Source: Octopus sinensis
Lineage: Eukaryota
Reading direction: 5' to 3'
NCBI RefSeq assembly: GCF_006345805.1
Contig: NC_043003.1
Span: forward strand, 992,001 to 1,056,000
DNA: 64,000 nucleotides
This document shows, one piece after another, positions 11,746-25,454 of the stretch. Each line of letters starts with the position of its first letter. Position 1 is the first letter of the stretch. The position numbers and the translations under genes were made by a program. The notes beneath the pieces are model-generated. The model saw only the letters and a program-made list of their open reading frames with translations, made no database searches and had not been told where the DNA came from.

Positions 11746-13425
11746 CGGACATTTTGCCTCTCAAATCTCCACATCCTGATTTTTGATAAGGGCATGTATA
11801 ACAGATCGGTTTCTCTCTCCAGACAATGTTTTCAGGTTGTTATGGGCAAGCATCATTTTCTTTCTTTACATAAACTAAATATGCCACCACTCAAAGAATT
11901 TCTCTCCTCACTGTAGACAATGCCAAAAGCTTCAAGAGTGCCATTAGCCAGTGTTCTTCATTGTCAATAAACATTAACAAGGAACATCAGCCATTCAAAA
12001 ATGCTGTCTCTTTCAAAACTGATTCTGAGAATGGAGAGGCAAGTTTTGTCTCGGGACAGTTTCAATAAAAAGGTGGTTGAATATAGCAAAGATGGTACGC
12101 ACGAATGACAAAACCACTTTAAGCATGATCCTGTAAATCGAAAAAAGAGAGAGTACTCTGTTTTCATGTATCTATTTCCTCCCTGTCCGAGGTTACCGTG
12201 GTCTTTTCCATAGGCCTTTCTTCCCACGGATAAACCTAATCTTTCTTTTTACATTTTTAATATTTTCTGTGATACACGATCCCTTTTGATTCAAAAAGAA
12301 AAGTTCTACATTGTATTTTGTCCCCTCTGTGTTCGGCCCTGTGTGGCTAATAAAGAAACTTTACCTATTTGTCTATCTATCTATCTATATATATATATAT
12401 ATATATATCCATCTATCTATCTGTTTATTTCTCTAAACCAGTCTTCTTCAACCATTTTCCCCCTATGAACCCTTTTATTCTCGTTTTAGATGTTTTAAAA
12501 ATCCTGTTATATTTTAATAATTAAATATTATAAGAAATTGTATTAAAAAAATAACATCTTTCATAAAAAAGAAAACAAATTAGTTTTAAATCTTTGAGCG
12601 AGAAGTAATAACAATACTACAGAGTAAAGTCTATTTGCCAACAAAGTGATTAGGACGATGTGGGGACATTAGCTCCCTTGTTCGAGGTATAAGGGCGCAG
12701 TTGTGAGTTGATAGCCAACTTGAAAAGATGTTTCCCTGGGGCTAAAAAACGGAATAACATCGTAACATCGTCCTAATTAGGACTGCTACTTTACTCAATA
12801 TAATTAATGTATTGTAGAAATTTAACCAATTTATTAAACAAATTTTAACAACAAAATCTTACATGGGTCTCTCCATGGGTCGTATAGCCCCCGAATGAGG
12901 ACCACTGATGTAAACCTTTAAGACTGAGCTCCAGCATGACCGTAATCCAGTGACCGAAACAAGCAAAAGATTACTATGTGTTTATAAAATTCTTCGTTAT
13001 ATTTGTCAGTGTCGCTGTCTCCGTTTTTCAATCGGGACTCCACGCTATCAGCAGGTTATTTAGGACCAAGTCGTCACAATCTCCTCAACTTCTGTCGCCC
13101 TGCTCGCATTGGCTGTTTGCTCTTCTCCTACTACAATTTTATTGTTAACCGACATGATTTGATCATGACGCAGAGCAGTGGGGGGAAAATATTTTTCTCG
13201 GCCTCACCTAGTTGAACAGGTGAGAAAGACAGACAGACACTAATTACCTGGATTGAAGTACCTGCCTAAGTGAGTGTCACACAGAGAGAGGGAGAAGGAG
13301 AACTAGATATTGAGTGAGTGCTAGTGTGAGCTAGAGAGAGAGGGACAGTGAGAGAAAGACGGAAAGCAACGTTGCTTACCTGTAGGAAGTCAGATTAATC
13401 TAGGTTGAATGATTTAATATTCGCC

Positions 13426-13492
13426 ATGTCTCCCTCAAGTTCTTACCAGTTCCTGGTGATTTTGATCTTCATAACGGTGTCCATTAAATACA
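13426..13492 (+). CDS. Ly6/uPAR (quiver/sleepless-like) gene A, exon 1 (signal peptide)
   Basis: gccATG context; MSPSSSYQFLVILIFITVSIKY plus 1 nt, then GTAAGT donor (phase 1). Confidence 0.8.
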
Positions 13493-16400
13493 GTAAGTGA
13501 ATATATCTTCTTATTTCAACCAGCTTCATTAACTTAATCACACGCATATACGTATAGTTATACCTATATTATATCTCCCCTGATTAATTAGATTAACTTA
13601 GGGCATGGATGATAGGTATTAAGTTTAAAAAAATAAATGCTTTTTCTTTGATATATTCCTTTTTGTTCCTTTTTCAACACGAAATGGTCAAATGTGTGTT
13701 TTTAAAACTGTGACCTATATATACTATAAAACGACCGAGTGGTGTATTATAAAGAAAATATAATTGGGTTGAATGTTTTTGTTACAATACTGTGATGTAC
13801 TACGAAGTTTATTCTATGTACAAAGCTTGCTAAATTTTTGACCTTTTAGCCAAGACTATAGACAAACACTAGAGAAGTTTTGATTCTCTAAATTTGGTGT
13901 ATCGGTTAAGAAAAAATTAACACCTGAGGTACACTTAATGTCCTATTTTTATTTACTGTTTTGTCTTAATTTTATTCCCCGAAATATCCAATGGAGATTC
14001 TATTTATTCATTTTTGCATCTTTTAGAAATTTATTTCTATTATTATTTATTATATCTTTATTGTTGTTGTTTTCCCTTTTGAGCCGTGTAAACCCCACCT
14101 TTTTATGTTGTCCTCAATATCTTGGGCCGTTGTCGATAAATCATCACCATCATTAACATTTGTTCTTCTTTTGTTTTCTTCTTTAATTAACAATTCAAGA
14201 AGATTAAACGTTCTGATTTCATAAAGTTCAGCTTTGTTTTCTGTTGTGTTTGTGGCGGGTTGATTTCAATGAAACGTTGCGTTCCAGATTTTATGTAAAC
14301 AATAAAAGACTCCCCTGCCAATTATGATGGTCATATTCTTCAAGCTAGTAAACTACATAATTAGCTGTTCGCAGTAATACATATTGAAAGTTAACAACTA
14401 TTTTGATTGCTTTTCACTGTCTCAATAAATATCGAGGCCATATTTGCCTCTGGAATCATGACACTATTGATTTAATTCAATGTCTAAATTGGTTTTATGC
14501 ATTTTTGTTCCCCGAAAAACTTAGCGAGTGACCGTCAGCTTCCAACGGATAAACTTCTGGGAGCCGCAATGTGGGTCACTCGACCTGTTAGAAATAGCAA
14601 CCGAATTATCCCGATATCACTCTGCCATCATTAAAAATATATATATATATATATATAATAATTGAAGTCGTCAGAGCTATCCTCCTCTAGGAAGACTGAT
14701 TGGTCACGATTGGAAATGCCGACGATCATTGATAAGTTCGATCATGGTTAACTCAAAGTTAATCAACAATTGTCCGTGTTGAGTATGTTTCTTTTCTTTC
14801 TTTTGTATATCCGAAATCGAGAGAGGGAGAAAGTAAGAGAAATTGGTAGAGAGTTTTGCGTTAGGATTCAACGGAGTGTTAGGTAACAATTCGATTATGT
14901 AACCCTGCGCTAACATTCCATTGAATTCCTAGCCCGAAACCGATTGGTAAGACCGACCGTAATGGACATATAGCACTATACATTTCGGATAATCTACCCA
15001 CGCTGTTGACACTGCATTTTCACCCTGACTTATGGACCCTTTGACAATTTACACGAATAGATATACTGTGACGTGTGTGTGTTTCAATCCAATAACAACT
15101 TTTAATTCTGTGAAACTGGATCGTTTTGGAAAGCATTAAGGTGGCTGGATCGATCAGGTATATAATGCAAATTTATATTTTTCAACATTTCGTAGTGTCT
15201 TTATCTTTTCTTGTTTCACTCATTGGATTGTGGCCATGCTGGGGCACCACTTTGAAGCGTTTAGGTGAAAAAGTCAACCCCATTGCTTATGAGTCTGGTA
15301 TTTATTCTATTGGCCTTGTTACCAAACTACCAAGTTATGGGGATGTAAAAAAAACCAACATCAGTTGAATGTTGTGAAGGGGACAAACTCAAAGACACTC
15401 ACTCACACACAGATGTATATACCTATATAATCCAGGCTTCTGCACAGTTTCCATCTATCATATTCACTCACAAAGCATTGATCAACCCAAGGCTATAGTA
15501 GAAGACACTTTCCAAAGGAGTCACACATGGATTTGAACCTGAAACCACATGGTTGCAAAGCAAGCTGCTTAACCGAAAGAATTGAGTTCCTGTTCCAGCC
15601 ATCTTCACATTCTTAATAATTTCTTAGTTTGGCACCAAAATATTGGATGCACAGATGAGTCTTTGAGTTAGCTTTGTCATCCATACACACAAACATTGCA
15701 CATCTAATGAGGCACAGTGCGGTTTCAGGCACGGGCAGACTGGGTAGTTGCTCAGAGGGGTCACATGGGTCTAGGGGTCCAATTCTAGTCTATGGATGCT
15801 GTGATTTGCTGTCAAGAAATAAATAGTAGAGAGCCCAGTACATTGATTTGCCTGGAGACCTCTTATGCTGCTAAGACGACTCAGATGGAGCATGCTTGCT
15901 TCATTTCTTTCTACCCTTTGCATGTCCTCTACATTCAGGGCCCATGTTTCACTACCATGTAGCATTGCAGTTCATGCACAGGCATCATACAGTCTGGCTT
16001 CCCTCAATGGAGAAAGCAGCACTCGGAACTTTCTCCAGCCTGTTCTTACTCTGGTCACTCTATGTCCAGAATGTCTTGCACTGTTGCTGATTAGGTCACC
16101 TTGCTAAGAGATGAAAATCTTGCTTCCCAACAATGTGATCTTGGATTCAGTCCCACTGCTTGGCACCATGAGCAAGTGTCTTCTATTATAGCCCCAGGTC
16201 AAATAAAGACCTGTGAGTGGTACACGGATACCCTTACATACCTCAGCTGTCTATTATGATGGCTGTTCACTCTGTTAAACCTTGTACAGTTGTACAGGGT
16301 CAGAACGGTATCAAGTGTATTATATTTTTGAACCACAAGGCAAGCAAAACAACACTTGATTTAATGGTGTTTTCTAATGTTTTAGCATTTAACAGTGTTG

Positions 16401-17094
16401 CATGCTGCATCAAACACTCTTTTACAAGCACTTAAGCCAAGCCTTTGGTCTGACAAAACTTTGCTCTCTGACCATTCTTAAAGACCTTGTAAAAAGAGCT
16501 ACAGGATGCTACCATTTCTCATCTGGTTAAGTCAGTAAAAGAAGATAATTTATTGGGTTTAGGCTACTTTTGAATTCAAAGACACCTAAGTGGATATTGG
16601 AAGGCAACACAAAACTTCAAAGAATAAGCATCAAACTATCTTTTCTTTTCCACCTGAGGTAACCATGCATCTCCTCTATAGCCAGACACCTGTATCTGTT
16701 CTTCTATCATAGTTTAACCTCTCATCACCTGACATGAAGCCACCTCTTTCAATCCTACCCAAACCCCTCAGTTGAAAGCTTGTCTTGTGAATTACTTGGC
16801 AACCTCACAGGTGCTGGTGCCACACAAAAACCACCCAGCACACTCTGTAAAGTGGTTGGCACTTAGAAGGGCATCCTACCATAGAAACCATTCCAAAGTA
16901 GAGCCTGCAGTTTGATACAGTTCTTTCATTTCTTTCCCCAGTTCCTGTCAAACCAACCTCTGATGGAAGAGGGATCTTATGTGATGACGATGATAATGAC
17001 ATTTTTGTGATTTGTGTTTGAATCTTATGAAGATTACTGTTTCTTTTTTTTTTCCTTCTTCTCATTAACTGTTTCTTTCTTGATCCCCTTTCAG

Positions 17095-17226
17095 CTGATG
17101 CCATAATGTGCCATCGCTGCTACAGTGCCATGGGTGGTTGTGGCTACGACGTCAACTGGCGAATGTATCCATGGCGGTCTTGCCCTGACTCAGAGTTTTG
17201 CGTCAAAGTTATGGAAAAAGTTGGAA
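17095..17226 (+). CDS. Ly6/uPAR gene A, exon 2
   Basis: Polypyrimidine tract and cAG acceptor; (T)DAIMCHRCYSAMGGCGYDVNWRMYPWRSCPDSEFCVKVMEKVG; GTAAGT donor; phase 1/1. Confidence 0.9.
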
Positions 17227-18289
17227 GTAAGTCTCCTGCATTCGTTTTTATGTTTTCACATTCCGTGAATGGATTAAAATTATTATTTTCTTTTTATGTC
17301 CAGTTGTAGGTGCTGGGGTGACTGTTTGGTAAGAAGCTTGATTTGGAACCAGGTGGTTGTGGGTTCAGTTTCACTGTGTGGTACCCTGGTCTTCTATTAG
17401 TGTCTCCTATTATAGCCCAAAGCCAACCAAAATCTTGGGAGTGGATCTGATAGGTGGAAACTGAAAGAAGCCCATTGAATGTGTGTATAGGTGGAGGAGT
17501 GACTGGACTGATTGCTTCCGCTGAATGTCCTCCCTCAAACACTTCAAAACATCTCAGTAGAACTCTCAACAGTCTGGCCCTGGGGGTGGGGATGAATTCT
17601 TGATGCACAATACCACATTTCTAGGGATGATGTTCATGGTGGGCCTTCCAGGTTGCTCCACTTTTGAGGTGACCGTGCCATTTGAGACTTTGTGTATGAC
17701 CCATTGCCTCATTACTGTAAACTTGCCAAAACATGTTCAAGTTTAATGCAAAGTTTCACATTGGCTCTTGGTTCCTGTCTGACAAAATCACAGACTACAG
17801 CAGACACACGTCATCACAAAAACACACATTTCACAACTTGCAAACTAAACATAGTGATGTCACTCTGAACACTGCCTCATGAAGGACACTGCTAGCTCTC
17901 ACTGCACATATAACCATGTGCTGCCATCTGTAGGCACACTACAGAACTAGTCTGGTGACTTTTTGATGCCACCTCTTGTGGAAAAGTGGTCTTTAAAACT
18001 ATGGTGGTGATAGAAGTATTACTGCTCTGTCTCCCACTGTTACTAAAAGAGGGCAATACCCCCCCCCCCACCCACTTCCTCATCCAGAATCCGTTGGTTG
18101 CCGTCTTTTGATGAACCTACTCTCTCTGTTTCTTTGCTAAACCTCATCTCATCTTTGCATGAGAATGAGCCAGTGATGAAGGCCTCCACATTTTGTTCAG
18201 CTTGTTAGAACTGCTGTTCAGATCTTCCTCAAATCTTCTCTCTTAAAGCATAAAAGGAAGGAAGCATTGAATAATCCTTACTGCTAGAG

Positions 18290-18468
18290 GCACAAGGCCC
18301 GAAATTTTGGAGGAGGATGTCGGTCGCCCCAGTATGCAACTGGTACTTAATTTACCGACTCCAAAGGGATGAAAGGCAAAGTCAACCTTGATGGAATTTG
18401 AACTCAGAACATAAAAACAGACAAAATGCCACTAAGCATTTCGCCAGGTGTGCTAACGTGTCTGCCAG
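18290..18468 (-). mobile_element. tRNA-derived SINE, family 2 (5' part), head-to-head with the next copy
   Basis: Reverse complement of ctggcaga..gttagcac..ggcgaaatgcttag..gttctgagttcaaattcc. Confidence 0.7.
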
Positions 18469-18479
18469 AATGATGTAAA

Positions 18480-18712
18480 GGTGGCGAGCTGGCAGAATCG
18501 TTAGCACACCTGGCAAAATGCTTAGTGGTATTTCGTCTGTCTTTACGTTCTGAGTTCAAATTCCATCAAGGTTGACTTTGCCTTTCATCCCTTCAGAGTT
18601 GATAAATTATGTACCAGTTATGCACTGGGATCAATGTAATCGACTTAATCCCTTTGTCTGTCCTTGTTTGTCCTCTCTATGTTTGGCCCCCTGGTGGGCA
18701 ATATAGAAATAA
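18480..18712 (+). mobile_element. tRNA-derived SINE, family 2
   Basis: ggtggcgagctggcagaatcgttagcac (A-box-like), gagttcaaattcc (B-box-like), gactttgcctttcatcc body; further copies at 22952, 46580, 49650, 52970. Confidence 0.75.
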
Positions 18713-19892
18713 GAATGATGTAACCTTAGATACATCATAATCATTTTAATGCCCACTTTTCCATTAGCTGGACAGAATTTATTGTGGTCGACTGTCCATG
18801 GCTGTTTGCCCTTCTTGTCACCAACTACTTTACAATCAGTCATCATCATCATCATTGTTTAACATCTGTTTTCCATGGGTTGTCGGTTTGTTTATGTCCT
18901 CCCTCCCCCCTCCTTATCTTTGCAGTTTGCCAAAAGAGACTGATAGAGTAAATACCAGACTTAGAAATACAGGGAATGACTTGTTTGATTGAAACCCTTT
19001 GAGGTGGTGCTCCAGCATGGCTGCAGTCCAATAACTGAAACATGTTATTGATGAAAAATACTGAGAAAATACTCATTTGCCTGGGACATTTCCATTGAAT
19101 GTGTTGTCTGTTACTTCATCCATCTTCTATTCCTGGGAGGGTCATGGAGGGAGAGTCCTCAGGCCCCTCCTCTTCCATAGGGTCCTATCAGAAGCAACCA
19201 TCATTAGACTTTCTGACCAACTAAGCCTATGGATATTATCCAACCATCTCATCTAAATCCAAACCTGACCTCTCCTCCTGGTTGGTTTCTCTTGAAGAAT
19301 CTCTCTTGCATTTCTTTCCTGTTGCATTGTAATCACATGTCAGTAATGCCAGAGTTGTGACTTCTCCATGGAAGTCGTAGCTTCATCTGCTGAGGTTCCC
19401 TTATCTCCAGGCTCCTTGTCGAGTAACGGAGGAACCCCATTTCCGTCACCTGTATCCACAATCGGACTGTTTTGATCATTACTCAACAGCCATAAGTACG
19501 GAAAGGCACCTAAACTGATTCGAAAACCGGCTCGGCTTTTTTACCAATTTCTCCTCTTCCGAGGACTGAGTCTGGGAAGTGGTGCATCATGGTGCCAGCA
19601 CCTGCAACTCCAGTAACCAATTCAGCCCTCTGCTTTCCATCATTCATGAAAATGGCCCCACGATATTGAAACTTTTCCACTTGTCTCCATGATGTTTTAT
19701 GAACAGGCTGACTGGACCAATGTCTCAGCCATTGCAACACTCATTCCTTGCAATACATGGCAGTGAACTTATTCGCTGATTTCTATTGATTTCCTTACAG
19801 TGAAATAATTTTGTAACTCCAACAATTCTTAGAAAATTACTATTTGTAAATCTCACAATAAAAGATTTTCAGTAACTGTACTTTTGACTAAA

Positions 19893-20517
19893 GATCGTTT
19901 GCCAATATAAAAAAGCCAGTCCTGGTTTAGGACGAATGTTGCTGTAATTTAGCCCCAGGAGACATCGTCTCCAGCTAGCTATACGACACGATCTGTGTCC
20001 TTATATTTTCGAACAAGGGAATCTAGCACCCCAACTCAGCTCAAAACAATATCTGTGTCATCTCTTGTGAAAGGTAAGAGAGTTCAGTTTGCTGGACATT
20101 GTTGTAGAGCTGAAAAAGAGGTAATTTCTACTCTTCTCCTCTGGAAGCCATCTACTCGCAATACCAGAGGGCGCACACTCTCCTACCCTGATGTAATCTC
20201 CAGGGATACAGGCATCCAGCAACAGGACCTCTGTAATGCCATGATGGACCATGAAGTCTGGTGTAGCATGGTAAATTCCATTGTCTCGACCACGGTCGAA
20301 CAATGATGATGATGTGTATCGCGATTTCCAGGTTATTTCCCTTCATCTGCACAGAATAATTGTTTGGCTAGATACACAGATATTGTTTTGAGCTGAGTGG
20401 GGATGCTAGATTCCCTTGTTCGAAAATATAAGGACACAGATTGTGTCATATAGCCAGTTGTAGACAATGTCTCCTTCGTCCTAAACCAGGACCGCTATGT
20501 TATGTTGGCAAACAATC
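19893..20517. mobile_element. Fold-back element (arms about 19893-20058 / 20374-20517), same family as 42206-42610, interrupted by an RTE fragment
   Basis: ttcgaacaagggaatctagcaccccaactcagctcaaaac mirrored by gttttgagctgagtggggatgctagattcccttgttcgaa. Confidence 0.75.
20059..20312 (+). mobile_element. 5'-truncated RTE-like LINE 3' end with (ATG)n tail
   Basis: RVQFAGHCCRAEKEVISTLLLWKP..RGRTLSYPDVISRDTG..AMMDHEVW; tail atgatgatga; apparent TSD tgtgt (20054-20058 / 20313-20317). Confidence 0.65.
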
Positions 20518-20532
20518 CAACAATTCTGTCTG

Positions 20533-20565
<33 letters not shown>

Positions 20566-20668
20566 TGCACACATACACACATACTGCACATATTTACAAT
20601 TGAAATTTTTCATTGTTTTTTTTTAACATTAATCCTTCACTGTTCTTGAGATTACTCTATCAATTGCA

Positions 20669-21201
20669 TGAGGTGGAATCAAAAAGTTCCCAGACGAGTT
20701 CTGTAGCATGCCAACAAGTGGCAGCACATAGCTGCATGTGCAGTGAGCCTCATGAAGCAGCAGTGTCCTGAGTAATATCACTGTTTACTTTGCGAGTTGT
20801 GAAATTTGTGTTTTCGTGATCACGTGTATGATGTAGTCTTCAATTTTATCATGGGGAAGAACAAAAGAGCCACCGTGAAATTTTGCATTAAACTTGGGAA
20901 GTCTGCTACAGAAATATTAAGTATGTCTCGGAGCTCTTCTTACCCAGGAGTTTCTCACCAAAGACAACATGGTACCTCTTCCCCAAAGTGAAAATACAGC
21001 TCAAAGGTCACTGTCTTAACACCATTGTCCTTGACTCACAGACAACAACTTCCAGGCTAGATACCAAAAGTGGTACAAATTCTGAGACCAGTGTATTGCT
21101 GTTCAAAATGACTATTTCGAAGGAGATGATGTTAAAACTTAATTAAATCAGCTATTTTTTAGTAAAGCTAATTAGTCTGAAAACCTCTTGATACCACCTC
21201 G
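20669..21201 (+). mobile_element. Internally deleted mariner DNA transposon
   Basis: Ends .gaggtggaatcaaaaagtt / aacctcttgataccacctcg are inverted; remnants KRATVKFCIKLGKSATEIL and LFPKVKIQLKG. Confidence 0.65.
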
Positions 21202-21289
21202 TAAGGCTTATTTATTCCCATTGCATTGAATTAATAATGTATTATCTTGTAGCTTTGAAATTTCAACGTGAAAAAACATTCAAGTGAGG

Positions 21290-21567
21290 TTGTTGCCAGT
21301 GTCGTTGGACTGGCTCCTGTGCAGGTGGCACATAAAAGACACTATTTGAGCATGGCCATTGCCAGTACCCCCTGACTGTCCCTCGTGCTGGTGGCACATA
21401 GAAGCACCCACTACACTCTCGGAGTGGTTGGCGTTAGGAAGGGCATCCAGCTGTAGAAACTCTGCCAAATCAAGATTGGAGCCTGGTGCAGCCATCTGGT
21501 TTGCCAGCCCTCTGTCAAATCGTCCAACCCATGCCAGCATGGAAAGCGGACGTTAAACGATGATGAT
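21290..21567 (+). mobile_element. RTE LINE 3'UTR fragment
   Basis: agtggttggcgttaggaagggcatccagctgtagaaac...ggacgttaaacgatgatgat tail. Confidence 0.7.
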
Positions 21568-21703
21568 ATTGTATATTTTTAGAATGACAATGTAGGTTAG
21601 GTACGAGAAGCCAGATCTGGCCTTTTTAACATAAAGCAGGAAGAATATTTGGGCCAGAAACAATCATGTAATTGTGTTTTGTAATGTTTTTCCTTTGTTT
21701 CAG

Positions 21704-21969
21704 GTGAATATAAAATCATTCGTGAATGTGAACATGAATTGGATAAGAATGTCCGCCATCGATTAATGATGCCAGTTCTGAGACGCCATGGATACTGTGA
21801 GCCTGCGCGCAAGAACGATCCTCGCAACCCATCAGTTTTAACAGATTCCTCAATTCAGTATTGTTTCTGTAAAGATTGGAATGGTTGCAATGCTGCAACT
21901 CTGCTACAAGGATTCACTCTTTTGAAACTAATTTCAGTTTTCCTCACACTTCTTTTGGTTCTTCATTAA
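21704..21969 (+). CDS. Ly6/uPAR gene A, exon 3 (C-terminal cysteines, GPI signal)
   Basis: ttcctttgtttcAG acceptor; (S)EYKIIRECEHELDKNVRHRLMMPVLRRHGYCEPARKNDPRNPSVLTDSSIQYCFCKDWNGCNAATLLQGFTLLKLISVFLTLLLVLH*; spliced product is 154 aa with 10 Cys, a CxC..CN end motif and a hydrophobic tail. Confidence 0.9.
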
Positions 21970-22951
21970 TCCCACCCCAGAAATCAACAGCAAACTTCCA
22001 AATATTTTGTATATCACTTTTTAAAATATTTTTTTTATAATTCCATGTATAAATATTTACTTTGAACTTACATATCAGTCGTCACTATAACTGTTTGCTA
22101 TGTATATATGTGTGTATAATATACATTCATACGTACACATATGTAATATATATATATATACTTAAAGCTGCAGAAACATCACAAAAACACTACTACTAGG
22201 AGTTTCACCTTCCAGTTTGTCGGATTCAGTTTGTGATTCAGATTGGGACTAGAAATAGGTTGTACTTATATTATAATTGACAGACACACTTTCGAATGTG
22301 TATCTGTCAATGTGGATTGCATTATGATATATTACATGTATAGCATATTTCTTGTTCCATTTTGAATCCTGAATCACAACTGTCCGATGAACAGGAACAT
22401 GGAACTCTTTGTAGCAGTGTTTTTGCAGCTTTAATAATAATGTGTGTTACTCTGCTTCTAGTATTCAAGTACTATTTCTTCCTCCCTTGTTTCACACCTA
22501 AGTGCTTACTGTGGGGGGGGGGGGGGGTATGTGTGCGTGTATATATATATATATATATATATATGTTTGTATGTATGTATATTGTTTATATCATGAGGAT
22601 TTAGAAACTCCCAGGACATGAAATAATTCATTTTTAACTGTGGAACTTAAAGTAGATAAGACTATAAATAATGGCATACAAAATATTAGACTAAACAAAA
22701 GCCTTGGGTGGAAAACATCAAAGGCTGCTTATGGGAGTTGAACCCTCATCTTCTGTAAATGTGACATGTTTTACCCCTGGACCAATACAAACTTTCAAAA
22801 CTTTTGTTCCTTTTAAAAGTTTTTTTTCTTTTTAGAAACAAAGGTTTTTAACTGAATATTTACATACTATTACGTATAGCTTATCAGTTAACAATGAATT
22901 TATACACACACACACATATTCACATATGATGATATATATATACATATATAA

Positions 22952-23170
22952 GGCGGCCAGCTGGCAGACACGCTAGCATGCTGGGTGAAATGCTTAGCAG
23001 TATTTCGTCTGCCGTTACATTCTGAGTTCAAATTCCGCCAAGGTCGACTTTGCCTTTCATCCTTTCGGGGTCGATAAATAAAGTACCAGTTTCACACTGG
23101 GGTCGATGTAATCGACTTAATCCCTTTGTTTGTCGCCTCTATGTTTAGCCCCTTGTGAGCAATAAAGAAA
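22952..23170 (+). mobile_element. tRNA-derived SINE, family 2
   Basis: ggcggccagctggcagacacgctagc..gagttcaaattccgccaaggtcgactttgcctttcatcc. Confidence 0.75.
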
Positions 23171-23755
23171 TATATATGTATATATATATACATACACACA
23201 TAATACACACAATGATTTGAAAGATGTCTAATCTCACATTCTGCAAAACTCCCTGTAGAGAATTTCTGACGTTAACCTGTATATAAAGAAGCCCCTCCTC
23301 AATAGCAACTGCTCCTTTTCAAATTGATGACTTTCGTTACTGAAATATATGTTAAGAATTCCTTTGTGTACCTGGAATAATTTGTTGTGAATACAAGTGT
23401 GCGTTAGTGTTGCAGTGAAAAGTATAACAATGAATGATGTATAAGGATTTAAAGCACAATGGTTGTAAGATTACAAAGTGCGGAGGTTGATGTTGTAAGG
23501 GGAAATCTTGTGCTTTGAATCTGAGGAAATCAAATACTTTAGCTTTATCTGGTTTGTTTGGTTGAAACGAGACATCTGCTTGTCAAGAAACAAACTAGTG
23601 AGAAACAGTATATAACTATACATACATATATATATATATATATATGTATGTATATATATATCAGAAATTTAGATTCAGATGAATATGGTACATAAGTTGA
23701 GGAACCAGAATTTAGTACGGTATTATCCATACAATTTCAAAATAAGGTGATTAAA

Positions 23756-23802
23756 ATCAAAATAAGCAACAGGATATCCTCTGGATATCCTGTTGCTTAT
23801 TT

Positions 23803-23806
<4 letters not shown>
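23756..23806. repeat. Perfect 24-bp hairpin with 3-nt loop
   Basis: atcaaaataagcaacaggatatcc TCT ggatatcctgttgcttattttgat. Confidence 0.95.
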
Positions 23807-23850
<44 letters not shown>

Positions 23851-24095
23851 ATAATAACAATAATCCAATTGTTATTATTATTATTATTATAGTTATCCTA
23901 AATTATATTTGGTAAAGCTCGATGCAACCTTACCAAAAACTGGTGCCCCAGTCAACATCCTGTGACTGTGGCTGACACAATGGGTTAGGAGCTTTATTGT
24001 ATATTCAAAATGTTTCCCATAAACAAATTCAAAAGATGTCTGTGTGTGTTTGTGTATATATATATATATATATGTGTGTAATACATATATATGTT

Positions 24096-24140
<45 letters not shown>

Positions 24141-24221
24141 AATATATACATGTTTGTGTGTGTATATATACTCATGGATATATATACATACACACCCATA
24201 TATATTTACTCTCACATATAA

Positions 24222-24260
<39 letters not shown>

Positions 24261-25454
24261 CATACACACACACACACACCATATATATAAATTTATATAT
24301 AGCTATTATGTGTGTTAAAATGTCTAATTTATTGTTGTCATGTAATAAGTGTCTGTCTTATATATACATGTAATATATAAACATTTTAGGACATTTTTTA
24401 AACAAAAAAACTTCATTATTGAATTTCTGTCATTTTCTAATTTGTAAAAAGAAATTTTGTATGATATAATATTTGACAAACTTTTATTCTTTCTCTTTTC
24501 ATAAATAAAAAAAAAAAAAACCTTATATTTTATCAATATGTTTTTGTCTTGAAATTTCTCTAAATTTATCAGAATTGTATTATGTCCATTGAACTCAGGA
24601 GGCTTACAGCTGACCAGAAATTTTAAGAACTTCGTAATAAGTAAACAACAACAAAAAAGAAAGAAAAAGAAAAAATTTAAAGCTGTCTATTCTATGAATT
24701 TTTTTCTTTATTCCTTAATTTCTAATTCAAGCTTCTAATCCTGCCAAATATTATGAAGATATAATTATCTCCTTTATAATTAGTGTTCTTTGGGGCAGCA
24801 GACCCCAACATTTTTTGCACCATGGAATGGTTTCATGAAAGACAAATTTTTCTGCAAACCAAGGCATCATGTGCATAGCAGAACACTAAAGTACTTGGTA
24901 TAGAATTTAATCATTACATATACTAGCAGTAAGACTGCCCTCTGGGCGGTTTTCTGCTAACCCCTTGATAATATTTTCACATTTGATTTCCAATTCTAAT
25001 AATTTTTATATTTTACGTTTAATTATTTTTTTGTCTAATAATGCTTAGTAAATATTACTTTCATTATTTCATCATAGTTATTAATCTCTCTTTTTAAACA
25101 AACATCAAGGTAGTCCAAGTACATTTAGTGTGCAAACAAGCTTTCTCCATTGCATATTTTTTTGGATGCCCCTTGTTGAATTGCAAAATTCTAATGCAAT
25201 ATTTGTGTAATAACGAAATCATATCTGGAGTGTGTGTGTGTGTTTATATTACAGAGACAGTGTGTGAGAGAGAGAGAGAGGCGGGGGGGGGGGAGAAAGA
25301 CCACTGCAAACAATGAATGAAATAAACATGAAATGTAAAAAGTTGTTTAAATAAAAGCTCGTTAAAAACTTTCTTGTACCGAATATTTAAATTTACGAAC
25401 TTGAAATATTCAATAACCAAAGGAAGTTCAGAAAGTGAATTTTCCTGAAAACAT

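Noticed and set aside
11964-12227. 87-aa ORF as a host exon or further TIMM50 exon
   Set aside because: Opposite strand to the TIMM50 exon, no recognisable motif or clear splice sites; probably a repeat remnant.
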